Virus record (IMG/VR): IMGVR_UViG_3300035034_001897
Coordinates: 1 to 64,000 of that record
DNA length: 64,000 bases
Origin: a virus
Direction: 5' to 3' (one strand)
A program made the position numbers and the translations under genes. Positions 47,637 to 58,181 of this stretch are shown in pieces. The number at the start of each line of letters is the position of its first letter. Position 1 is the first letter of the stretch. The notes under the pieces were generated by a model. It saw only the letters and a program-made list of their open reading frames with translations. It had not been told where the DNA came from and made no database searches.

Positions 47637-48098
47637 ATGCCATTAAGTACTGAAATATTAACGAGAGAGATTAGAAAAGTTAGTGACGAATCTTATATAC
47701 TGTTTGAAGGGTTTCCTAAATCAACGTCTGAGACAGCTAATAGATGGGCAAACATCGTTGACATCTACACTATTGATATGATTCCTACATCAACAAGTAG
47801 AGATCAGGCAAAATTTCTTTTCAGTCGATCAATGGAGCAAGTTGACATAGGAACCGGATTTGTTGTGCTTAAATTAGCGTTTGCAACATACGCAAACACT
47901 CTATCGTTAGGAATGAATCCTACTTTTACTGGAATCGCACCGGTAACCCCTATATTACTAGAGACAGTAGCTCCAATTGGATTGGGAGGAGGATCTGCTA
48001 AAGAGGTTGCAATTGCAATGGCAAATATAATACAGCAATGGTTTAAGACAGGTGTTGCAATAAATACATCATCTGGAGCATCCATAAATTGGAATTAA
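47637..48098 (+). CDS. Baseplate-associated protein
   Basis: Position. Confidence 0.5.
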   Translation: MPLSTEILTREIRKVSDESYILFEGFPKSTSETANRWANIVDIYTIDMIPTSTSRDQAKFLFSRSMEQVDIGTGFVVLKLAFATYANTLSLGMNPTFTGIAPVTPILLETVAPIGLGGGSAKEVAIAMANIIQQWFKTGVAINTSSGASINWN

Positions 48099-48116
48099 TT
48101 ACCTAATTTTACAGTT

Positions 48117-48551
48117 ATGAAACAGCATATTTTAGAAGTAGCATTAGATGAATTTGGAGTTCGTGAGATATCTGGTAAGAAAGATAATCCTAGAGTGATT
48201 CAATATTTTGACGATATAGGTTTTGATGGAAAAGCTTTGAAGGACGAAACAGCTTGGTGCTCTGCGTTTGCTAATTGGGTTGCACTACAAACTGGAGCTT
48301 GTATGAGTAATAAGTTAACTGCAAGAAGTTGGCTTAAAGTTGGAGTGAAAACAGACAATCCTCAACTAGGAGATGTTGTAGTTTTATGGAGAAAAAGTCG
48401 CAGTGATTGGAGAGGTCACGTAGGATTTTTTATAAGAGAAACAGAAGGATTTGTATACATTCTTGGAGGAAATCAAGGGAATAGAGTGTCCATTCAAGCA
48501 TATCACAAAAACAGACTATTAGAATATAGAGACATTACTCGCAAAGAATAA
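48117..48551 (+). CDS. TIGR02594-family peptidoglycan peptidase (CHAP/NlpC-like), endolysin candidate
   Basis: DETAWCSAF, ARSW, GHVGF, LGGNQ. Confidence 0.85.
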   Translation: MKQHILEVALDEFGVREISGKKDNPRVIQYFDDIGFDGKALKDETAWCSAFANWVALQTGACMSNKLTARSWLKVGVKTDNPQLGDVVVLWRKSRSDWRGHVGFFIRETEGFVYILGGNQGNRVSIQAYHKNRLLEYRDITRKE

Positions 48552-49291
48552 TGAGTGGAATTCTCGACATATTGCGTCCTCAATTAAATCAAATTGGTAA
48601 GGCTGGTGTAAATGCACTATTCCCTAACGATTTTGAATACTATGCGATCACATTAGAGTTAACAGATTCTAAAGGGAAAACTGTTGACTATTTAACGTTT
48701 CCAGTCACTCCTTCGATGATAGGGTTTGATGACAAGAAAGTTGTTAACATCAAGAAGACTATGGGAGGAGTTACTTCACTAGATACAGATACAGAAATTC
48801 CTAAATTTATAACGATGTCAGGAATGTTTGGTCGTAAACTGCGATTACTAATAAGCCCACCAATTGAAAATAGTCAATCAACAGCAAATGGAATATTTTC
48901 AAGTGTATCTGGCAATGGACTGCAAATCAACTCTCCAGTTCTCAACGCTAAACTTAAAACTGGATATGGCGCAACTAAAGTGTTAGAAGCAATAATAAAA
49001 AAATCATCTTCATTAGATCAATATAACAGACCTAACAGACTGTATCTATATATACCACCATTAGGACATAATTTTTTAGTCAAAGCAACCCAATTTAGAT
49101 TAGATCAAGACTATCAATCATCAAATATGTTATGGAAATACACTTTAGCTTTCACAACGTTGGCTAGAATTGAAGATTTAAAGATAGAAAATGATAATCA
49201 AGATAACTCTCTAATTAAATCGACATCAATCGACATATTGCAGCGAACAGCTAATAGTGTAGTTCGAGACTTAAAGCAAAGCGTATTTTAA
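48551..49291 (+). CDS. Baseplate/tube initiator-like protein
   Basis: FPVTP, KTMGG, ITMSG pattern; position. Confidence 0.5.
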   Translation: MSGILDILRPQLNQIGKAGVNALFPNDFEYYAITLELTDSKGKTVDYLTFPVTPSMIGFDDKKVVNIKKTMGGVTSLDTDTEIPKFITMSGMFGRKLRLLISPPIENSQSTANGIFSSVSGNGLQINSPVLNAKLKTGYGATKVLEAIIKKSSSLDQYNRPNRLYLYIPPLGHNFLVKATQFRLDQDYQSSNMLWKYTLAFTTLARIEDLKIENDNQDNSLIKSTSIDILQRTANSVVRDLKQSVF

Positions 49292-50217
49292 TGAGATTAG
49301 CAACAAACATAATTACTCAAATTAGTAGCATATTGAGATATGACGTATCTCAATACCTAAATAGGTATGTTGATTTCATTGAGAATGATAGACAAAGAAT
49401 TTTTGACTACTACAAAGGGTCACTCAATAGACTAAACATAGACAGTTTCAATAGATTAGAGCAATTATTAGTTGACACCAACAAAGTTAATAGTTTAGTT
49501 GAAATTCACAAAACGAGATTGTCAAATAGTGAATTTTGGCAATTCATAGAGACGTTTACAGAAATAGAAGAGTCTTTATTGACAGTAGATAATAGCTCTA
49601 AATGGTTGCGAAGTGTAATTACAAAAAACAACTTCTCACCTCAAGTAGAGGTGAGCTTTATACTTAAACAATTTCAAACAATTGAGCAGTTGACTAGATC
49701 TTTAGGATCTAACGATGCCGATAATGATTGGATTAAATTAGCTCTAAGAAACGATTTATTTGAAAGTGATTATACTGTCGAAGGAGGTGTAGAAATTTCA
49801 ACAAGCTACTTCAACAAACTATCCTTTTCAATTAATTCAGTAGTCGATAACATCGACCACGAAAAAATTTATGGATTAGATTTAGATAGAACTATTACGT
49901 TTGAAGATGATGATTTAAGAGTACTTTCATACAAAGAAACAATCAAGCAGACTGTAAATATTTTAGCAAGTCTCAAGTATGGACAAACGCCAGAATTTCC
50001 TTTAGACGGAATACAGATGAATCTGGTTAGTGGAAGCAATAAAGCTTCAATACCATACCCAGTATTGTTTAGACAATTTTATACAACTTTTCAAAAAGAC
50101 GACACTCTAAAGTCGCTATCAGTTAAAACGATACAGAATATTGACGATAGGTTAGAGATTAATTTTGAAGTTGAAACTAGATTAGGAGAAATAGTTCCTA
50201 CACAAACAATTTTTTAA
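49291..50217 (+). CDS. Baseplate wedge protein with gp25-like C-terminus
   Basis: GQTPEFPLDG...QKDD; precedes baseplate J. Confidence 0.5.
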   Translation: MRLATNIITQISSILRYDVSQYLNRYVDFIENDRQRIFDYYKGSLNRLNIDSFNRLEQLLVDTNKVNSLVEIHKTRLSNSEFWQFIETFTEIEESLLTVDNSSKWLRSVITKNNFSPQVEVSFILKQFQTIEQLTRSLGSNDADNDWIKLALRNDLFESDYTVEGGVEISTSYFNKLSFSINSVVDNIDHEKIYGLDLDRTITFEDDDLRVLSYKETIKQTVNILASLKYGQTPEFPLDGIQMNLVSGSNKASIPYPVLFRQFYTTFQKDDTLKSLSVKTIQNIDDRLEINFEVETRLGEIVPTQTIF

Positions 50218-50218
50218 T

Positions 50219-51388
50219 ATGTTAATTACTAGAATAATATCCATACGAGAACTTAAAAAACTGTTCATAGAAACCTTCTTGAATAGAACGGATAAGGTAA
50301 CTAAAGTTTCTGATCAAAGTGTGATGAATGGAGTTGCTTATGGAGTAGCGAAGATTGGTCAAAAAACAATGAAAGAGATTTCTTTAATTGAAAGTCACCT
50401 ATTTCCAGACAACGCATTTAACCAACATCTAGATTTAGTTGCTCAAAGATTAGGTATAAGTCCTCGATTTGCAGCATCTAGCTCTTGTGGATATGTAAGA
50501 ATAGTAGCAGATCCTGGTACAACATATGAAGAAGGAACAAATATACTGTTTGGACAAGGCCTTAATTTTGAGTTGACGCAAGATATAATTGTTGGATCTA
50601 TAGGATATGCATACATCAAAGTGCGAAGTGAAAGTACTGGTAGTAAAACGAATGTGCCTGCACTAACTATCACGTCAGTAAATCCTGCTCCTAGTGGACA
50701 TATAGCAGTGTTGAATGAATACGAATTTACTGGAGGAAGATCGATTGAAAGCGATCAGTCCTTTAGAATTAGAATAAAAAATGGAGCAAATGTTGCATCA
50801 AAAGGCACTTTAGAGTACCTAACTCAAATAATGTTAAAGTTCAATTCAGACATTTTAAGAGTATATTCTTTAGGAACCAACAGTCAAAATCAACACGTAA
50901 TTGCGGTATCTACGCAAAATGGAATATCGTTTACGCAAGATGAGCTTGATCAATTGTTAGAAAACATAACTCCATATCTAAGTATAGGGCTATATAATGC
51001 AGTTTCAACTGCTAGCGTAAATGTAGAACTCGTTAATGTAGAGTACTCGTTTTTTGACATTGATTTTAGAGTAGAGTTGATTCAAAATGCAAATATAGAC
51101 GAAGCGAGAAGAAATGTACAAATAGCACTAACAAAGTATCTTGATCATAGATTCTGGAAGTCAGGTCAACGAGTAGAGTGGGACGATATGTTGCAGATAG
51201 TAAAAGACGACTTGCAAATAAAGTATGTTGCAGACTCATTCTTCTTTCCACGAATCGACTTAATTGTAGATCCAGGCAAGTTGCCTAAAGTTAGAGGCTT
51301 TATTATGAGAGATTTGAGTGGTCAAATTATACAAGATACTGGAGGAGTGATTAGTCCTATATACTATCCAACAGAGAGTGATGAATAA
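50219..51388 (+). CDS. Baseplate J-like protein
   Basis: LD..A...GI.R, GSKTNV, GGRSIESDQSFRIR. Confidence 0.85.
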   Translation: MLITRIISIRELKKLFIETFLNRTDKVTKVSDQSVMNGVAYGVAKIGQKTMKEISLIESHLFPDNAFNQHLDLVAQRLGISPRFAASSSCGYVRIVADPGTTYEEGTNILFGQGLNFELTQDIIVGSIGYAYIKVRSESTGSKTNVPALTITSVNPAPSGHIAVLNEYEFTGGRSIESDQSFRIRIKNGANVASKGTLEYLTQIMLKFNSDILRVYSLGTNSQNQHVIAVSTQNGISFTQDELDQLLENITPYLSIGLYNAVSTASVNVELVNVEYSFFDIDFRVELIQNANIDEARRNVQIALTKYLDHRFWKSGQRVEWDDMLQIVKDDLQIKYVADSFFFPRIDLIVDPGKLPKVRGFIMRDLSGQIIQDTGGVISPIYYPTESDE

Positions 51389-51411
51389 TTTCAGACAACA
51401 GTAATTAAGTA

Positions 51412-52152
51412 ATGAGCGTAATCCAAACATCAACAGATATAACTGACGGCTTAGTGCAAGGGCAAAAAAACATTGTGTCTTATTACGGTGAGTCACCGAA
51501 TACAAGACCTTCAGTAACGCCTATCGAGATTTCGTTCGATTGGAATACGGTGTATCAGTTTACTCAAAACACTATACTTAACAATTATAGTGACGTTGAG
51601 AGTGATGGAGCACATACAATCTTAATCAAATCTCTACCAATTAGAGGGAAGTTAACGTTTAATGGATCGTTGACTAGAGAAGGTCAAATAATAAGTGTTA
51701 CGAATCTAAGTGGACTGAGTTTCATTCCACAAGCAAATCAATATGGCAAAAAGTACGATACTTTCGAGATATTAATTAGAGATGTAGGGATAGCTCCTAA
51801 CAATTGGAGTGATGCTATTCAAGTAACTTTCACAATAGATAGAACGATACAGCTTCCGACAGCTAGCAATAAAACTGTAACAATTGCCAATTCAGGAGCT
51901 TATCGATTTAGAGTTAATGATTTAATTGCTGGATATCAAGGAGGACTAATTCTATACTTTCAATTCACTTCAATACCTCCTCAAGAGGTAGGATTACTCC
52001 AATTAGATCAAATTATACTAACCGAAAGCGATCTACCACTAACTCTTACCCCAAAACAGCTTGGGGATAAAGAGCTAATTTTTACAGATAACGGGAAAGT
52101 TTTACAGCAAAAAGACGTGCTATTTGACTACACTATACACGACAAGATATAA
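51412..52152 (+). CDS. Virion protein with tandem cadherin/Ig-like domains
   Basis: YSDVESD...IKSLP.RGKL...LSFIP pattern, repeated. Confidence 0.55.
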   Translation: MSVIQTSTDITDGLVQGQKNIVSYYGESPNTRPSVTPIEISFDWNTVYQFTQNTILNNYSDVESDGAHTILIKSLPIRGKLTFNGSLTREGQIISVTNLSGLSFIPQANQYGKKYDTFEILIRDVGIAPNNWSDAIQVTFTIDRTIQLPTASNKTVTIANSGAYRFRVNDLIAGYQGGLILYFQFTSIPPQEVGLLQLDQIILTESDLPLTLTPKQLGDKELIFTDNGKVLQQKDVLFDYTIHDKI

Positions 52153-52155
52153 AAT

Positions 52156-53535
52156 ATGAATACATTAACTATAAAAGTTTTAGCAAAGCAACTTAATGCA
52201 CCTATTGTGAGTGCAGGCAAAGATATTATTCAACAATTACCTGAAAATTCAGTAATTATACAAGGGTCTGCAAACGATCCGGATGGAACAATTCAAAGCA
52301 CTCAATGGACTCAAATTGCAGGACCTTTAGTGACATTACAAACTCCAAATTCATTAGCATTACAAATACAGAGTTTGCAGGATGGACAATATGAGTTTCA
52401 ATTATCGGTAACAGATAATGATGGACAGATGTCTAGTGACTCGATGAAATTATCTGTGTTACAAGCAAACAACATTCCTATTGCAGATGCTGGAGTAGAT
52501 GGCTCTATTGAAGTGAGTCCGGTTGGAGTGAGTAATACAACTACAAGTCAATTGCCTCTAAATGCGTATCAACTGATTGGAAATGGAAGCGATACAGACG
52601 GAACAATTGAAGGGTTTGAGTGGGCAATTATAAATCAACCTAATGGAGCTAGTGCATTTTTTCAAAATGACAATAACGCTATTGCAAATCCAGTAGTTGA
52701 AGGACTGTCTATTGTAGGAGATTATACTTTACAATTAACTGTTATCGATGACGATGGAGCTTTTGGAATGGATACGATGATGATTACAGTAAACCCACAA
52801 GCCAATCAAGCACCAAAGATCAATTCTATAGGACCAATGATAGATGACTCTAACAAGTTTATGGGCAATATGCCTGGTGCAATAAATACGTTTGGTCATT
52901 CAGAATTCTGGAAGTTTGACGTATCAGCTACAGATCTTGAAGGAAATGATATTAATGTAGCAGTAACATTGATGGACAGTAATCAGAATCCAGTATTTAC
53001 AGACAATACTAAGATAATTGTAGGAGGAAATGGAATAGCGACATATACATTACCAACACTCAATGTAGGTAATCAATTAAGTCCACAATCTTATGAGCTG
53101 CAAATAATTGTGGACGATGGAAGTGGAAACTCAACAGATCAAACTTTCAAAATTGACCTTTTCAATTCATCCAACAATAACATTGCAAATGGAGGATTAT
53201 TGCTACAAAAAGGAGTTAGCCCAAAAACTAAAAACGGATGCTTCACAAATTATCAATCAACATTCACAGTACCAAAAGGTCAGACTGGATCGTTAGTTAT
53301 AAATGAAATTGACGGAACAATCTCCTCTCAGAGTGGAACTCCTTTAAATAACATTGGACCAGGAGTATATACTTGGAGTGTAAGTTTAAATAATAGTGCA
53401 CAAGTAGGAGTGGAAACTACAGTCGAAGTCGTTTCAAGTTTGAGTGGAGGAGAAAATGGAATTTTAACGCTAAAAAGACAAGCGTCAGATAACGCTAACT
53501 ACGACGGATCAATCTGTCAACTATCACAAAGCTAA
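52156..53535 (+). CDS. PKD/Ig-like repeat virion protein
   Basis: P.ADAG.D...GS.DPDGTI...WTQI.G...G.Y.FQL.VTD.DG repeats. Confidence 0.75.
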   Translation: MNTLTIKVLAKQLNAPIVSAGKDIIQQLPENSVIIQGSANDPDGTIQSTQWTQIAGPLVTLQTPNSLALQIQSLQDGQYEFQLSVTDNDGQMSSDSMKLSVLQANNIPIADAGVDGSIEVSPVGVSNTTTSQLPLNAYQLIGNGSDTDGTIEGFEWAIINQPNGASAFFQNDNNAIANPVVEGLSIVGDYTLQLTVIDDDGAFGMDTMMITVNPQANQAPKINSIGPMIDDSNKFMGNMPGAINTFGHSEFWKFDVSATDLEGNDINVAVTLMDSNQNPVFTDNTKIIVGGNGIATYTLPTLNVGNQLSPQSYELQIIVDDGSGNSTDQTFKIDLFNSSNNNIANGGLLLQKGVSPKTKNGCFTNYQSTFTVPKGQTGSLVINEIDGTISSQSGTPLNNIGPGVYTWSVSLNNSAQVGVETTVEVVSSLSGGENGILTLKRQASDNANYDGSICQLSQS

Positions 53536-55484
53536 TGGAGAATATTGCAACTGGTATAGGACAGAGAATTGTCGTGAGAACATCTATTGCGTCAAGAGTT
53601 AATCAAATCAACTCTTTCACTAATGGAATTGTTGGAGAGACAGCTGTGAGATTCTTTGACAAAACTTTTAGATACACACTAGACACCATCAATTGGTATG
53701 ACGAACAGCCTCTAACAAACACCAATCTTCAATCAATTGATATCAATCAAACTCAAGAGTTTGAAGTTGAGTATATTTTTACTAGACAAGGAACTGATGA
53801 TACTGGAGACTTGCAACTTGACTGGATCAACCTAAACGTAGATGCTGTAGATATAGATAGTGGAGAGACTTTTCACAATAGCGTGTTTAGCTATTTTTTT
53901 GACGAAATAAATACTCAACCTTCAATAGTAAATTGGTGCAGTAACGTTCTGAATAAGCTATATCAGCCAGGAATTGTTTCTAAAACACTCACAAGAGGAG
54001 CGAATCAAAATCTATTAGAGGAGGATAGAGATTACATTGATTTATGGAGAACAGTTTCGTGTTTTTTCTCAGTACAAGTGCAATACGCTAAACAATTTGA
54101 ACTGTTTGATAGTGATAGAAGATTACTTGCTAGATACCTAACAACCAAAAGTCTCTTTATTCAAAAAGATCAGTCAATTGATAGTATGATTGTATTGATG
54201 CATAACTTTTACAATCAGATGGCTAAAAGAGGTACTATGGAGATAGTTGATGTAAAAAATACTCCAAATAGTGAACTGTTGAGAATCATTAATTATAATG
54301 GGAAGTGCGAAGAGATGCTATTTGCTCCAAACAATCCTAGAACAGTAGGGTGGGTAGTTAATACCAACTCTCCATTAAACAAATATATTCACGATAATCC
54401 TTTTTTAATTAAGTTGTATACTGAAGAGCAATATGTGAATTTACCTTTAATAGGTCAACAATATGTTGGAATTGAAGGAACTCAATTAAAGATTTTTGAC
54501 GTTCCTAACGATGAAGTTGCAGGAATAACGTTAGAGCAATTTAATGATCAATTCACCACTGTAATAGATCCAACTATAACGTATGAAATGAATTTTTGGG
54601 TTAAAGGAGATGGAAATTTAACAGCAACAGTGTTAGGTTTTGACGATGAAAATCAACCTTTAAATCCCATAACGCTAGGATCTGTATCAACTCAAAGCAA
54701 CACAGCAATTGTTAGAAAGAAAATGATAAATAATCAAAATTGGTTTTTTGTCAGAATTATAGTATTTCCACATACATATTCTGCAGTTGTCGGATCTGTA
54801 GTAGAAAAAACTAATATAGGTGTTGGATTTAATATGAAGTGGAAAAAAGATACATGTAGAGCTGGTGTGCAAATACTACTAGACAATTCTCAAAATGAAA
54901 ACGAAAACCCTACAGCAACAAACACATTTACTACCATTAATCACGACGCAGTATTAACAATATCTCTACAGCATTTAATTAACAATTATAGTGACATTGA
55001 AGGAGACACTTTCTCATCAATCACAGTAACTGGATTAGTTGGAGGAGGAACTTTAATATTAGACGGTAACATACCAAACTTACCGTTCAATGTAACTAGA
55101 CAGCAGATTGATGATGGATTGTTGCAATACGACGATGACGAAAGTGTTGTTGAAGGCAAGCAGGTTAAGATACAATATGACATCAATGATGAAAGTATGA
55201 CAGGAGATGTTGGAGATATTTTGTATATTCGCGATATAAAATTTAAACCACTTAAAACTACTTATGGAAAGGGTATAGTAGGCTCTCCATTATTAGTAGA
55301 AAGTTGGTTAAATAACAAAGGAGAAAGGTCGAATTCACAAGTTGACGAGATTGTTAGAAGATATCTCATTCCACACAACGTTGCATTTATCAACAATTTT
55401 ATTAAGCAACCAAACAGTGCAATAGAGCCAATCGCCGTCAACAAAGGATTGTATGAAGATAAATATGAAACTAGATATCAATAA
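53535..55484 (+). CDS. Baseplate structural protein with inserted cadherin-like domain
   Basis: Position; INNYSDIEGD segment similar to the 51412 protein. Confidence 0.55.
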   Translation: MENIATGIGQRIVVRTSIASRVNQINSFTNGIVGETAVRFFDKTFRYTLDTINWYDEQPLTNTNLQSIDINQTQEFEVEYIFTRQGTDDTGDLQLDWINLNVDAVDIDSGETFHNSVFSYFFDEINTQPSIVNWCSNVLNKLYQPGIVSKTLTRGANQNLLEEDRDYIDLWRTVSCFFSVQVQYAKQFELFDSDRRLLARYLTTKSLFIQKDQSIDSMIVLMHNFYNQMAKRGTMEIVDVKNTPNSELLRIINYNGKCEEMLFAPNNPRTVGWVVNTNSPLNKYIHDNPFLIKLYTEEQYVNLPLIGQQYVGIEGTQLKIFDVPNDEVAGITLEQFNDQFTTVIDPTITYEMNFWVKGDGNLTATVLGFDDENQPLNPITLGSVSTQSNTAIVRKKMINNQNWFFVRIIVFPHTYSAVVGSVVEKTNIGVGFNMKWKKDTCRAGVQILLDNSQNENENPTATNTFTTINHDAVLTISLQHLINNYSDIEGDTFSSITVTGLVGGGTLILDGNIPNLPFNVTRQQIDDGLLQYDDDESVVEGKQVKIQYDINDESMTGDVGDILYIRDIKFKPLKTTYGKGIVGSPLLVESWLNNKGERSNSQVDEIVRRYLIPHNVAFINNFIKQPNSAIEPIAVNKGLYEDKYETRYQ

Positions 55485-56161
55485 TGGATAATTTAACCGA
55501 ACTATCAGTAAACATTGACCAAGCAGTAGATCCAAACGCACTTCCAGGAGGAATATTGGCAGTTGAGCATAACGCTGTTATGAAAGCCATAGTCAATTCT
55601 TTAGGGAAGTATGTAGGATTTCCTTTCTTAGCAAAGAGAGAAGGTCAAGTCCTTGAAGGGTGTCTAATTTGGAACGGAAATAACTTCAACACTCAAACGA
55701 TATTCTTGTTGACAGTAAATCGACTCACTCAAGACGGGAATGATTTTGGCAAAATACTACAGTCAATGTCTAACGGCGATTTATTTCACATAAAAGATTT
55801 CCAAGGGAGAAGTTCTCTACTTCAATTCATTGAATTTCAACCATCAGTAGATGCATTTAGTAACGAAGTTTATAACATAAACGTTCAAGGATTTGCAGAC
55901 AATCCAGACTATATTTATACTGAAGTAGAAGAGAGTCAATGTTTAATTGAGATAATTAAGCAACCAAGTTTGTTAACGATTTTTACTATAAACAAGCCTC
56001 TAGTAATTAAAAGTCCATTAAATAATAACGCTGACGTCATAGAGATTGGAGATATTGTTCAAACATATATAGGTGATAAGCTGATCAAAGGAGTGTATAA
56101 TGGAGGTTCTTTAGGAGATATTAATAATTACAGGATTTTAGATACAACAACAATAAATTAA
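55484..56161 (+). CDS. Tail/baseplate protein
   Basis: Position. Confidence 0.5.
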   Translation: MDNLTELSVNIDQAVDPNALPGGILAVEHNAVMKAIVNSLGKYVGFPFLAKREGQVLEGCLIWNGNNFNTQTIFLLTVNRLTQDGNDFGKILQSMSNGDLFHIKDFQGRSSLLQFIEFQPSVDAFSNEVYNINVQGFADNPDYIYTEVEESQCLIEIIKQPSLLTIFTINKPLVIKSPLNNNADVIEIGDIVQTYIGDKLIKGVYNGGSLGDINNYRILDTTTIN

Positions 56162-58176
56162 TGGACTTAAAACTAAGCAACGATCTATTTTTAGGATTAG
56201 CTGAATTGAAACATCTTAAACTTTCTCTAAAAGAAGAGGGGTACGAGAAAATCATTCAACAAATGGTAACTTCATATGGTGTAGTTCGATCATCGTCAAT
56301 CACCAATATAGTTACTGTACAATTGCAGACAAGCAATCGATTCACAGCATTACAGCCAGTCGCTTCTGGATTAGGAAAGATCACAGTCAAAGCAGGTAAA
56401 GCTGTCGATAAAAATCTAGACGTTATTGACGTTAAAGAGGATCAAGATCAAATTTTAAACATTGCAGCAGATGGAGTGAAGAGATATGTGACAGTTGCTT
56501 ACAGAAAGACGGTAAATGAGCAAGGAACAATCGACGTTCAAGCAGACGGAACGATTGTAGGGACTGGAACAAACTTCACAGAAAGATTGAGAGGACAATC
56601 AAACTTCCCTAGTAAAATTAGAATAATACAGCCAACATTTGCTGAAAGTATCAATACAGCATTGGAAGTGATAGAGTATGAAATTCAATCAGTGCAAAGT
56701 GATACATTAGCAACATTAAATGTTGCTCAAGGAACTATTGCACCATCAACAGATAAAAAGTTTCAAATAGTAGGAAGTTTTACTCCAGCAACGATAGTGC
56801 CATCTCAAAATAAGTATCCGCTAGAATCTGATGGATATATTATTCGTTTAAGGTTAAGTGATGACGTTGAAGAAGGAATTGAATTTGTGTTAGGAGAGGT
56901 TGTGTATGATGGGATAGCAATGACTATCACTGATCGTAGATTAGATAACCTATTTAGTGTATGGGATCCTAAATTATTAGAGATAACAGATTTCAATCCA
57001 GTCATAGGAGTTGAGAATATCAAATATGACAATCTAAATAGTGACGGATCGAAAAATTTAGTTCGATTAGGTTGGGGAATAAAAAGTATTAACGGAAACT
57101 GGTCAATTAATCCTTCACAGCAAAACGTGGTAATTCAGCAAGGCTCAGGAGGAGCTTGGGACTCAATCAATCCTTCAATTACTGGATTTGCAGCAGTTGA
57201 TACATCCCCAAATATAGATAGATTTAAAGGATGGAGACTGCTGTTTGAGCAAACAGGACAGATAGTAGAAATTCAATCATCAAACAATACGTCAGCTGGA
57301 TTAGTGTTAGGTATTGATTTTGAACCAACATATCCTACACAAGGTAGCGTATATATCATTCCAGATTGTGATATGGTTGAGTTGAGAATAACTAACATCA
57401 CTAATCCTACTGCAGATAGAGAGATCAGTTTTTCAACAAAGCAAGCATTTGCTATTGTGCCAGTAGAAGCTGGGAGTGAAAGTAACATTCAATACAGACA
57501 TATCAAAGGAGATTTAATTACTCCATTTCGCAATATAAATAATGGAGATTATATTAATGAAGAAGCGCAACTTTCTAGTGCTGGAATCTCGATTACAGCA
57601 TCACTGACAACTTCATACACTCAAGGAAACGTAACACCTACAGTTAATGCAAACCAAAACACAGCACTACTTGATAGGATAATTAATCCAGGATTTATTA
57701 TAGATTTCTTTGGAAGTGAAGAGCAAGCAGAACAGCAAGAAGGTTTTGTGATATGTGATGGAAGAACAATTACTAAACCAGGATCACCTTTCGATGGTCA
57801 ATTAGCTCCAGATTTAAGTGGTAGAGTTACACTAATGTTTGATGATGGTGAGACAGATTACGAGCAAGTAGGAAATATAGGAGGTTCTGCCAGTATTAAC
57901 TTAACTGTAGGGCAGTTACCTACTCACTCACATAGTGGATCGACAGCAGGGAGTGATGGAGCACACACACACACACTCGCTCAACAAGTTGTTGTTGAAG
58001 GAGCTGGAGACAATGCTCTCACAAACTTAGATAACATTCCAGGTGGTGGAGCAAACGTTTCTACAAACAATGATGGAGCACACACACACAACTTCACTAC
58101 ACAAGAAGTAGGCGACAATCAAGATATTGATGTAAGACAGCCATTCTTTGTATTGTTTAAATTAATGAAAATTTAA
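56161..58176 (+). CDS. Tail fibre/baseplate protein with collar domain
   Basis: GFVICDG...PDLSGR collar; LPTHSH, two DGAHTH copies, QPFFVL. Confidence 0.75.
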   Translation: MDLKLSNDLFLGLAELKHLKLSLKEEGYEKIIQQMVTSYGVVRSSSITNIVTVQLQTSNRFTALQPVASGLGKITVKAGKAVDKNLDVIDVKEDQDQILNIAADGVKRYVTVAYRKTVNEQGTIDVQADGTIVGTGTNFTERLRGQSNFPSKIRIIQPTFAESINTALEVIEYEIQSVQSDTLATLNVAQGTIAPSTDKKFQIVGSFTPATIVPSQNKYPLESDGYIIRLRLSDDVEEGIEFVLGEVVYDGIAMTITDRRLDNLFSVWDPKLLEITDFNPVIGVENIKYDNLNSDGSKNLVRLGWGIKSINGNWSINPSQQNVVIQQGSGGAWDSINPSITGFAAVDTSPNIDRFKGWRLLFEQTGQIVEIQSSNNTSAGLVLGIDFEPTYPTQGSVYIIPDCDMVELRITNITNPTADREISFSTKQAFAIVPVEAGSESNIQYRHIKGDLITPFRNINNGDYINEEAQLSSAGISITASLTTSYTQGNVTPTVNANQNTALLDRIINPGFIIDFFGSEEQAEQQEGFVICDGRTITKPGSPFDGQLAPDLSGRVTLMFDDGETDYEQVGNIGGSASINLTVGQLPTHSHSGSTAGSDGAHTHTLAQQVVVEGAGDNALTNLDNIPGGGANVSTNNDGAHTHNFTTQEVGDNQDIDVRQPFFVLFKLMKI

Positions 58177-58181
58177 CTAAA

